The notes under the pieces are model-generated. The model was not told the origin of the DNA, did not search any database, and saw only the letters and a program-made list of their open reading frames with translations. Position numbers and translations under genes: made by a program. A stretch of 64,000 nucleotides of DNA from Epiperipatus broadwayi (Eukaryota > Animalia > Onychophora): NCBI GenBank assembly GCA_028023455.1, contig JAQFVV010000010.1, forward strand, positions 6,820,001 to 6,884,000, in the 5' to 3' direction. Of the stretch, positions 14,600 through 26,099 are shown one piece after another (the first letter of the stretch is position 1; each line of letters begins with the position of its first letter).

Positions 14600-15750
14600 G
14601 AATCAAAACAATTCTACTGTTTAATAAATATTGACTCTACAATAATCAATCTATTGAGAATATTTGATTTTGGTGGGAATTTCCCAACTTGTAAGTTTTA
14701 AGGTTATAAACATGTTTTGATTTTGAAACTGCTCAAATATTGTTGAATTATAACTTTTATATCTAAAAATAAATAAATTCTGAAGCTATTTCCCAAATAT
14801 TTTAATAATCTTCTCTTGCCATTCAAATAGAAAATAAACCAAATGAAAACAAAATAATTATAATTTATTCCTACAAAAATACATTTATTTTTTTTAAATG
14901 CTTTATAACTTAGACAAAATATGACCTTTTGCTATATTGTGAGATGATAAATAAGGTTACATTATCTTTGTGTACAATAAATTAATTTCATATTCTTTAA
15001 AAAAAATAAATTAAACTCTCATAGTAATACAAAAAATTTTTGCAATCAGATTGTTTAGTAAGAATCACAAGACTTTTTTATAGATATTTTATTTGCATTT
15101 ACACTGATAAAACACATATATGTTTTGAATATTAATTATTTAATGAAAGTTTTTATATGGTGCATTTAAATAGTAGGAACATTCTGTATATCATCATTTA
15201 AATTGACAAGAATATCACAATCATCAGCACAATGTAACATCTTGTTTTTACTTTTAACAAGTTCAAATTAAAGACTCCATCAACAAATCTATTTGCATTT
15301 TCATCACCGATTCATGAAGCTTTCTACAAACTGTTCCAATGACCATTACCATCAAAGTGAATAAGCAACCTTAGAGATATTAAACTTCCTTGTTCAACAT
15401 TAATTTTCCTTTCAAATGTCTCAGATCTTACACCATCAGTTATAATGTTTCATCTCATACCATCATATTGAAAGTGTAAAATATGAAAGTTGGTAAATGT
15501 CAATATTGCTACTCGATTTCAAATGTCTTAACTAAATCAATGAAAGCAATGTGTGCACTTTTCTTTCAAACATTTTTATTATATTTTTTTGGCAACAAAA
15601 ATCATATTTATAAAGTTTCACTTTCTAAACCAATTAATAATCAGTTTATTATTTCTCTACTGAAAATACTTTTGTTGTTGTGGATAACAATGATATCGCA
15701 ACATAATTACTTCAATTGTTCTATCTCTTTATTAAAACAGCAGATGTAGT
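14600..15750 (-). mobile_element. Decayed RTE-like LINE reverse-transcriptase fragment; boundaries approximate
   Basis: Minus-strand AHIAFIDLVKTF at ~15520-15560 resembles the RT motif FIDLEKAFD; otherwise disrupted. Confidence 0.5.
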
Positions 15751-16269
15751 CCATTAGAGGGAGCCTAGGACTCCAGTTTTCACTGTTTCAGGCTCCCTGT
15801 TCTATTCACCAAAGTCATAGTCCATTGTTGGATTCATAAAAAAAAAGTTTATCAAAATGTAAGTGAATATCTGTTTTATTGTTTTTTCATCTTTAGAAGA
15901 AATTTTGAAACAGTTTTCATTCAATGATAATTGAAATTATCTATCGTTCCATTTTATGCAAATGGATGCCATTAGAAAGAGACAAAAGCTAGCTTAAATA
16001 ATTCTTGGAATCATTAAAATATTATAAACCTTTTAAAAATAATTTTAAATGAAACCAAATATTTCTAAAAAGAATAGACACTAGAAATCCTAATTTTATT
16101 AATAGAATAAACAGGAAATTCATTTGCACATCAAATCTCATAGAAAACATGGAATATAATATGTTAGCAATGATGGTTTTAGGAATTTTATCTTTGCATC
16201 AGATTTTAGCAGTGTTAAACAAGTTTCAATTATTAATTCGATCTCAATTTTGGAATTGAACATTATAGA

Positions 16270-16390
16270 AAATAACCTAAGCTATCGCCCTGCACAAAAA
16301 TCAGGTTTCTCCGATGATCAGAACAGAAGTTATCACCCCCTTCCGGTGGATTGCCCCCCCCCCCCAAATAAATAAATAAATAAATAAAAA
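16270..16390 (+). repeat. Possible 3' end of a LINE/SINE with (aaat)n-A tail
   Basis: GC-richer ~90-bp segment ending in a C-run followed by aaataaataaataaataaataaaaaa. Confidence 0.35.
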
Positions 16391-16649
16391 ATTTTCAAAT
16401 CAACACAGAACTACAATGAAGTGATTCCTGAGCTAAAAAATAATAATGATCTAAAGACAAAAATGAGTACAAATGATGTTTTAGACCTAAACAGAAACTT
16501 TGAAGCTACAAATTAATCACACTTTTTAAGCAATAATTATTGAGAATTTTCCAAAGTTTAACAACAAACTTTCAGATTATACTTGAATCATTCATTACTA
16601 ATCAAGACCTAAAATTCAATCAAAAGAAGCAGGATCCAACTAGTATCAA

Positions 16650-17720
16650 CAAATAAAAATCATTGTGAACCCTGAAGGACTTTGGTTGGTGGGTTTAGCA
16701 GCTGCTGTGAACATTTGCAGACACAGGAGTCTGATGATGATCAAGGGCGGATGTTCAGCTCCATTGACCTCAGTGTGCAAGATGATATGGACAAATGATT
16801 TATTCTCACGGTGTGCAAGTAAATCTGGCTTGATTTCAAGACTACATGAATTAAATGTTATATTGGTGGGTGTGACTTTGCACTCCTTTTCCTCAAGTGT
16901 GGTGATAGTGGTCATAAGGGGCTTGGTTCATTTGAGGGGATGGTCGACGATCATTGTCTAGCCTGGGAATACCTGCCGGGAGGGTGAAAGTCACTACCTT
17001 CACATGGACTTCACCATGAAGGGCTACTGCACCCCTTGATGGATTATTTGATAGGTCAGTGTTGATTTGCACTCACTATCATTAGGTTTCATTTGTTAGC
17101 TTTAAATTTAGTGCATTTGTAAAGCAGTTGGTCTGTTTTGAGCCACTGTCATTTTTTTTTGTAACATTGATGGAGTTCTGTTTTGTGGACATGGGTCTGC
17201 ACTCCCTCTTTTTCTTCAGGGGTGGCTGGTTGTAGACATTAGGTATCTGGTTTAGGTGTGGGCTGTTAACAATTTTGCCACTGCCCAGAACATCTGCCAG
17301 GGGGCTACATGGTCAAAGTTGCTGCTATTCCTGCTCTGATTGGCTGCTGTGTCCCCTGATAGGCTGGTTTTGGGCAGTGTCGATCTGGCTCTTTACTTAT
17401 TACTTCTTAGTTTTTACCCAAGTTGGCTTTCCAATTTTGGGCAGGTAGACTGATTGTGGTCCCTGCTCATTTGGACTGCTAATTGGGAGGCAGAGGTATT
17501 CAGAATGGTCTTGACATGGCTTGGCTGTGGTTCGAGAGTTTATTGCTTGGTGAACTTGGGCCTTGGACCTCGCTGCCTGTTGTGGTGGTTGGCACAATGC
17601 TGGACTTCACCTATTCAGCTGAAGCATTTGAGTCTTCGCTTCGGGGCCCCAGGGGTGGGGACCATTGGTTAACTTCTCGACAGCTGGGCCATGTGGATCC
17701 ACGTACAGATACACATTAAT
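16650..17720 (-). mobile_element. Relic of a restriction-like-endonuclease non-LTR retrotransposon (R2/R4/NeSL type), apparently lacking RT
   Basis: GC-elevated island; ORF 16646..16915 contains IKPDLLA resembling the KPD RLE motif; Cys/His-rich degenerate frames at 17400-17720 suggest N-terminal zinc fingers. Confidence 0.45.
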
Positions 17721-18059
17721 CACATTACAGCAATTTTTATGGATGTAATTATTTTTGAACATATGTACATTTTACCTTGTTACATTGAATCACTGTGTAA
17801 TCCACAATGGGTAAGTGTACCCAAAATTTTTGTAATCTTTTATTAATAAATGTTACTTTGAGAAAAAAAAAAAAACAACAGATGTATTTTTAAGGTTAGA
17901 TGGCAGACTTTACAGATTTATATATTCCTAAAAAATAATAATAATAGTTTTGAAACTAAAATATCATTGCCATATTTTAAAACTTCCCCAGGTATATTAA
18001 TAATTTTTATTAGTCATTCTTTAGACTAGAGATTACCCAATAATGAATATTTTTTCTGT

Positions 18060-18570
18060 AATTTTCATTACACCAATCCCATGTAAGTTAGGGATTGATT
18101 CCGATCTGCTTTTAACACCTTGTGGTGGGATGTGATCATAAACATACTGATGAAAGATATGTGAAAAAGATGTACGATGCCCAAGATGCATATTTTGGGT
18201 TGAATCAGTACTTATCAGGTGGGCTAGACCGTAAACTCTTACACATAACTTTATCATTGCTCGGGTATGTTTAATTAATAAATATCAAATGTACTAACCT
18301 CATAACTTTGACACAAATCATTTAATGAAGTATATTAAGAATTTTTCTTAGTCAATCATTAGACAAGAGATTATTCAATAATGAATAATTTTTCTATAGC
18401 ATAATTTTCACGACACAACTCTCATGCAAGTTAGGGACTGGTTTCTACTTGCTATTAACACCTTGTGGAAGGATGAAATCATAAACATATGATCAAAAAT
18501 ATATGAAAAAGATCTATATCTCCAAGATGCACATTTTGTGGCAAATTAGTACTTATCAGGTGGAGCATTG
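18060..18570. repeat. Two diverged tandem copies of a ~343-bp-period sequence
   Basis: aagttaggga...ttaacaccttgtgg...ccaagatgca.attttg...agtacttatcaggtgg recurs at ~18085-18220 and ~18428-18562. Confidence 0.7.
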
Positions 18571-19147
18571 TCTTCTCCTAGGAATTACAATGAACAAGTA
18601 TAGGGTTATGGCTACAAATAAAGAACTTGATTTGTATTATATTAGACAAGTTTTGAAGCTGCTATTGAAATACGGATTTAAATTTATTCTTTAACTCATC
18701 AATAATGATTCTACATAGCTTCATATTAACACTAAGATACTATGCTACATTATTTATTAAAATTAATTAATTTATTTTTTGCTTAAAGTATCTCTCTTTA
18801 ATACATAATTACGATTTGGTCAATATACATTTGATTAATATAAAATATTATCCCATATTCATGTTAAGAAGCTTACACCTTTCAATGAAGTGAGTAAAAA
18901 GATCAATTTTCTATATATAATATATGCAGGTCAGGAAATCTCAAATCATAACTTTTTTAGACGATCATACTATGCAATATTGTAGTAAATAGGTATCTAA
19001 CATTTTAAACTAAATAATAAAAAAACTCATAAGAGGCTTCTGATTGATAGTTAGAAAACTTGCACCAGTATTTCTAAACATATATGGAGAAGTCTTTGCT
19101 ATTTACAATTACTATTGGTATTTTTTTATTTTATATATACTATAAAC

Positions 19148-22100
19148 CAGTGTTTCTCAGCTTAATATATGCCATGAATCAATAAATTTTTAAAAATTTT
19201 TATTACAGACCAAATGAAGTATTGAATCAAAAGAATGGAAGAAAGAGTGTGTGTTTTTATAGTAAACTATAATTACTGGAGAATTTTACCTCTAAGATTT
19301 GGGCATAAAATTCCTATCTAGTGCTTACTCATCCAATATCCCAAGACTAATCTCTAGCTTAAGGCTTTCATTGGTGAAGAACCTTGGTGTGAGAGGAGAG
19401 CACTGCACTTAGATCTTAGAATCTAATGCAATCCTCCAGCAGCCATCTTTTACCTTATTAGCTAACTATAAAGCTTTAAGTCCAAAATGAAAACACAATA
19501 ATGTTTTCAATTCAAGATCATTAGCTTGTATGTCGTATAGATATGAAGTCAGTTCAGCATCCATACTTTTTGATGTCTTTGGTTCTTTAATAATCACAGT
19601 CACCATAATTTTACTGAAAGCCACAAGCCAGAAATTACTCTGGGTATATTGGATGAGTAGGCACTAGATAGAAATTTTATGCACAAATCTTCCTGCATGC
19701 AGTGATTTCTCTGGCTTGCACTGAGTGGAGCTACTGTATGGAGAATTTTGCCTCTGTGTAAATAGCTTATGTAAGCATAAAGAATGGTGATCGTGTAATG
19801 TTTAGTGGTATAATTATTGTAGAGTTTAACAAATTTAATATACATATATCTATTTTCAAAAAATGATTAAAATACTTAGAATAATTGACAAACCTATAGA
19901 AAAGTAAATTAACAAAATATTAAACTAATAATAAACAAAATCTGAAGAAAAACAAAGAATAATATTTAAATAACTGAGTGAAACATAATTATAATTATAA
20001 AACAGAAACTAATGTGATTGTTGCTGCTAATTCTTTTCACTAATTAGCTCAACAAGTCTTGGAGATATATTTGTGACTGCTAAATGCAAAGCTGGATCTA
20101 TTGATAAATAATTCCTTTCTTTCAAATTTTATAAGTGTTATGGCCAAAAATGTCGATTCACATAATTTTATGTGATCAAAAATGGCAATAACAATCTTAA
20201 GGCTTTTTTGTGTAATTCCAGATATTTAGTTTTAATTTTAACCCAAAATCGAGTTATAATAACTTTAATGTACCATCGCAACTTAAGTCTATTATTAATT
20301 TTTCCTGTTCCAAATCAGTTAGATTATTTTCTTATTCAATAAATGGATTGAAAATCCACATATTGCTTTTGAGTGTGTCTTCTTCCTGTGGATAATACTG
20401 ATCAAATTCACAATAGTCCTGTTAAATGTCCATAAACAGTATTTTTCAATTCACAGATATTTATATCAAGTTCATTTATCAATTCTGAAGATGAATGAAA
20501 GAATATCAAGGTTTTTTTCTTCTACATGCTTATACCATACTTCTAATTTCTTGAATGCTCAATTTTAGTCCCTAAATCAAAAGTAGTACTATTTCCTTGC
20601 ATGCTTAAATTTAGTTAATTTATTAATGAAAATATGATTGACAAGGAAGCCAGCTTAGCAATCCAATTGCTGACATGGAAAATATTTCTCAATTCTGAAT
20701 TTTTTGTTTTTAGAAATGTTTCAATTTCTTTTCGTAATTCGTAAAGTCTTTATAATATTTTCCCTTTCGACAACCATTGTACTTCTGCATGCAGTAGTAA
20801 ATTTTCATGTCCAGACTCCATTTCATTAAATAAACTTGAAAATAGTCTTTAACTTAGTGTATTGAATTTACTATAGTTTATTATTTTTATGGATTGAGTA
20901 AAAATACTATTCAAGTCGGGAGACAATTTTTTAGTAGCTAAATGCTCATGCTGTATAATACAATTAATAAAAATTATTTGTTGTCCGTTATTTCTTTAAC
21001 TTTTTTTTACAATTCCTGAATCTTTTCTAGTCATACTCGCTATACCATCAATGCATAAACCAACACAATTTTTCCAACTAAGTGTGTTCTTTTCGATATA
21101 ATTATCAATTGCTTTAAATATATCTGAAAAAATTGTACAATTAAGAAGTTCAACACAACAAAAAAATTCTTTTACTCATTGATTTTGTAATCAACATGAA
21201 TATAACATAAAAGTATGGCTTTATTGCTAACATCTATAAATTTGTCTATTTGAATTGTGAACAATAATTTGCTTACTTTTTGAATTAATTGGTCTTCAAT
21301 ATCAGTTGCTAATTCACCAAATCTGCATTAAATAGTATCATCAGAAAGTGGCAAAGTTTTCATTTAGTCTCCAGCCATTTTGGAACACACATCTATTAAA
21401 CTTTATTTAATTATGTTTTTGGCAATAAAGTACTTAAAGCAAACAAATATGATGCTTTTACAAGAGATTTATCGACTAAAAGAAATTTTTTAAAAGATGA
21501 TTTTTTTGTTTTTGCAATTCAGCACTTTTACGTCCAAAAAAAATCCAGTGGCTTATTTTGTAGATTTGAATGTTTGGTCTGTAAATAACACATTAATTTT
21601 GTTATTTCATCCATTCATTGGATAAAAATTTCTCTGCAAATAACACATTGAAGTCTGGATAAATTTTCTTCTGACTCAGGCTAAGAAATGAAACCAAATT
21701 TTAAATAATCAAGATTGAATTGATGAACAACAGGAGATTTTCGTTTTGCCTGAAGTGAATCATTTTGTAAATAAATAATATTTTCACTAGAATTCAAAGT
21801 ACTTACACTTGGTTTTTGAAAAAAGTCTGCAATAGTTTTTGATACTTTTAAACATATATAGGTGAAGTTAATAAAAAAAATAATATTTTTTTGTTATTAT
21901 TAATTTTTAAACAGTTAAAATTTATCAAAAAAGCAAATATTAATTGCTTAATATGCTTTAATTTATAGTACACAACTATTATATAGTAATTCCTATCATT
22001 GTACAGCCCACTTCAACAGATGAAATGCGCATGTGCAAAATTATTAATGGAGCAGTGTTTTTCATAACTGATACTAGAAAATAGAAACTTTTTTGCATTT

Positions 22101-22319
22101 CTTGTAGTGTTTTGTTTCTTAGTCTATTTTCTATGAATTCTATGAAGAAAACATCTAACAAATAATAGAAAATTTTAGAACTGAATTAAAAATAAATTTA
22201 ATAAAATTAGCCATAATTTAAAAGACTGTAAAAAAAATATGTAATAAATATAAACAAATTTATAAGCTTTTTGCGGACCACTAAAATTTTTCTGTGGACT
22301 ACCGGGTTGAGAAATACTG
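19148..22319 (-). mobile_element. hAT transposon of Buster/Charlie type with both termini and a decayed transposase
   Basis: TIRs cagtgtttctcagc / ggttgagaaatactg; 8-bp TSD ctataaac / ctataaat (nnnTAnnn); minus-strand LHAEVQWLSKGKIL*RLYELRKEIETFL near 20720-20794 and WIAKLASL near 20650. Confidence 0.88.
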
Positions 22320-22527
22320 CTATAAATTGTATTACCAGAATGTAAAGCATTAAAAAATTATCACTATCAAGGTATAATAATGTTGTCAAATGTCATATTA
22401 TTATATTTCTTGGATGCCTAAAGATGTCTTTAGACAGAAACCTAATACATACAATCAAATCATATATAAAAACTACAAATAAAAACAAATTCAAACTTAA
22501 AATTTGTAATAAAAATAAACAATGTAC

Positions 22528-22633
22528 CTGCATTTTATAAAAATTATATAAACCCCATGTTCCGTAGTTGACATCAACTTTTGTTAGCAAAACATCATAA
22601 GGAATGTTTAGTTCTGAATCAATTAAAACTTCT
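22528..22633 (-). CDS. ANK-WGR PARP gene exon (EVLIDSELNIPYDVLLTKVDVNYGTWGLYNFYKMQ), start of WGR domain
   Basis: Lies inside ORF 22393..22653; ttctag/gtacat splice sites; 106 nt, phase 2/0; Y..LL.K.D.....N.FYKMQ is typical of the WGR N-terminus. Confidence 0.92.
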
Positions 22634-23491
22634 CTAGAATTAAAAAAAAACAACAGATTATTCGATAATTAAAATTAAGAAACTAAACATTTCTTTTCTT
22701 AAAAAATAAATTTATTTGTTTATAAAATTTCTATAAATTACCAAATTAAATATTATATCTATTTAATTTTAAATAGAATTACAGAAGAGGAAATAAGACA
22801 TAACATACAAATTAGGCATAGTTACTGAGTTTTAAGCTGCTTAAGTCAAATGAACATTATATGCTTCAGTAGAAATAAATTAAATTGAACTCTCAGAAAT
22901 AATTTTAAATGGATTCGTTCATTGAACATAAATAGAAAAATAAGAATTCAGTTACACTTTCTTCCCCATATTTAAAAAAAATAAAATATCAAACAATAGT
23001 CAAGTCTGTTTGTTTAAAAGTTTGTGATGATGACATTTAACTTATAGTTAGTTATTATATGTTTGACTATTTTCATCATCCAGTTTTTTAATGTCAAATA
23101 ATTTTGCAAAAATCCATTCTTGCTCTTAAAAAGTAAAATTGGAGAAACAAGAATGACCCTCATGGATAAGAACAAAAAAATTAATATTGATTGTTGCCTT
23201 TGAAACAAATAGATTTGTTGGTTGGAGTGTCATTTTAAATTCAGTATCCAAGAACCAAAAGATACTCTGTTCAATTTCTACGCTAGTGCTTTTCACTGGT
23301 CAGATCAGCAATGCTTGAAAAAGAAAGGTGAATAATAAGGCTCAAAACATTATTAATATATACATTATTTCTAATAGTCGAATAAATTTCGCAAGATATA
23401 AATCGTTAGAATTTTTTTAATAACATTTAACACTAAAAAAAATTAGATAACGGGAAAATTTCAATATATAACTACAAACTAATAATAAATT

Positions 23492-23610
23492 TGTCAAGCG
23501 TTGTTAGCCGAGAGGTCAGCGCAGCCGCCTTGCAAGCAAGCAGTTGGTTGCAGACAGTTGTTGTGGGTTTGCCTCCCGGCCAATGCTATGACATATGAAA
23601 AAAAAAAAAA
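23492..23610 (+). mobile_element. Short tRNA-like SINE/retroposed RNA with poly(A) tail
   Basis: A-box-like tagccgagaggt, B-box-like gggtttgcctccc, A13 tail, exact 14-bp TSD actaataataaatt (23478-23491 / 23611-23624). Confidence 0.75.
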
Positions 23611-24443
23611 ACTAATAATAAATTCAATACTAGAACTAGTCTTATTAGAGATAGATTAATATTGTCTACTTTCTAAAATTAATAGTTATTGTTTTTAATA
23701 ATTGTCTATTTGAAAATAAATATCCAGCTTTAATAGTGAGCATATTCTTAAAAGATAATTTATTGATGATTGATGAAGATACAATTACTTATTCTTTTTC
23801 TGATTATGTTTCTCAGAAATGAATAAAATATTATTATAAGAAAAATTTTAACTAAAATTATTTTATTTATTAAGAAAATTCTATGAAAGCTTACATGAAA
23901 TAGTAGCTTGTAATATTTAAAAATGTATAAACCCTGGAAATCATATAATCAACTCCATAAAATATCAACAAAACATTTTGATTTTTCAGAATTACAAAAT
24001 TGATATTATTCATGTAATAATATATTGTAGTAAAATAAAAAGTAAAAATATAAATTTTATAACTTTTATTATTTATCATTTCAAAGCTCATTAAATTTAT
24101 AAAATAGATTATAAAGCTTTTTATAAATTTGGTCATGAACTCATATGACCAAAATCCACGAACTTGTCAATATGCAGAATATTCATAACACATACACACA
24201 CACATGTAATATGACCTTATAACCTTGCATATACATAAGAAAATTGAAATTATTTCAAAAGGCATTAACATATGCATAATCATTATAAAGCAATCTAAAT
24301 TGGGATTTTTTGGGGGGCGGGGGAGATTACATATATATTATGATAATTAAAAAATACAACATTCTTTAGCTATTTCTTTTATTTCATTATAATATGCTTA
24401 TTTTTTCAAAACGTTATTTCTAATAACAACTATAGAACCATAC

Positions 24444-24622
24444 CCTGTTTCATCTAACCCAGATTTTGAATCAGGTTGTGACCACCAAAATTCTTTTTCT
24501 TCAGTTTCTTCAGATTTAGCCATGCTTTGCATGGCATCTTCAGAATCTTTCTGATAATCTAAGTTATCTCGATTCCATGAAAGTCCATCTTTAACATCAA
24601 CTTTTACAGTGTCAGCTTTTAC
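24444..24622 (-). CDS. ANK-WGR PARP gene exon (VKADTVKVDVKDGLSWNRDNLDYQKDSEDAMQSM...KSGLDETG), linker
   Basis: Lies inside ORF 24398..24631; tttcag/gtatgg splice sites; 179 nt, phase 0/2, matching both neighbours. Confidence 0.85.
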
Positions 24623-26099
24623 CTGAAACATTTTAAAACAAATCTTTTCTTTTATTTATAATTTTATATAAAAGTAATGTAAGCGGTTTATGAAATCTGA
24701 AATGCAAAAACCATTAAATTTTTTTCACGATTAAAATATGTAAATGTGCATATATTTAAATATTTGAAATACAAATAAAAATACCAATATTCATTAAAAC
24801 ATGAATATGCTGGAGCTCAAATTGTATTTAATTTGTATTCTGAAAATAAGAATTATAACAATAAACATTATTTAATCACACACTTATTAAATAAAATTAT
24901 AATTATATATATACATTTTATCTTTGAATTTTTATGAACATTTTTAAAAGTAAATGAGTATAAATATATAGAGAAATAAATAAATATGTATATAAAATTT
25001 AATTTTAATTTAGATTTAAAAAAATTTTCATGCACAAATATGTATAAAGTTTAAAGAAATCAAATAATTAATAGCATTTCAAAATCTTTTTTCCTTCAAT
25101 AATTATATTAAATACAGAGAACTGGAATAATACTCAGAAGAAAAATCTTTCATTTGTATAATTTTTATCTAATTTAAGAATACAAATGTTTAATTTTTTC
25201 AGCTAATCATCTTCAAATTGTTTTTAAAAAAAATTAAATACAAATTGCATTTGAAGAATGTTGATATTTTTAACCTATATGAGTCACTGCTCTAGTTACG
25301 TAAGTCTTCCATAATTATTTGTTTAGTTTGAATTTTTATAAAACTCCAGCTTCTATTCAGATATATGTTTATCATTAATCAAGACACAGAATATATATCT
25401 TTAATAAGTGAATAGAAACATTACAAAGAAAATCACAAAGGATGAAACAAACAAAACTGAGAATTGTACATATGTAAAAAATTATTTATGTAAGTCTGGA
25501 TTTAATTAAGTCAGATTTACATAAATAGAGAACTGATTATAAATATCTTTCTAAATAAAATACATGACTATTTTTTTAATATATCATATTAGAAGTAAAC
25601 AAAAAAGCAGCTTTTCATTAAAATTACCATGATAAAAAGATATAACAGTTTTAAATATCTCACTTCAGTGAAAAGACAGCATCTTTCCAAACATAATATT
25701 CTCCAACAAGAACACTAAAAGAGACTACTACTCATCAGAAGAATCAATTGTAGATTGGGGGTGGTTTTAGCTGTTTTCTATTTCTATTTTATTCACTAGT
25801 GAAAAAAAAAACCCAAATACCCCATTTATCAAATTCTAAGTGGCTACATGGATTGACTATGGGTCCACTATCTGACAAAGTTCCTAAAATTACTAAGAAA
25901 TTCCCAGCAATCTAAATGATATTATGGGCATGGCATATTAATGTGTGCCATAAGGTTATTCAATAATGAAAGTCTTTTATACATAATGTCTGACAAAATA
26001 ATATATAATAAAACAAAACACTGAAATGTATTGGACTATTTCTAGCATCTAAATATTAATTGTTAAATGTCTTTAAAAATTCAAACTTTATTTAAATGA

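Noticed and set aside
18147-18180. CTGATGA...GAAA...GTA as a hammerhead
   Set aside because: Stems I and II cannot form in this copy, and the core is absent from the second copy.
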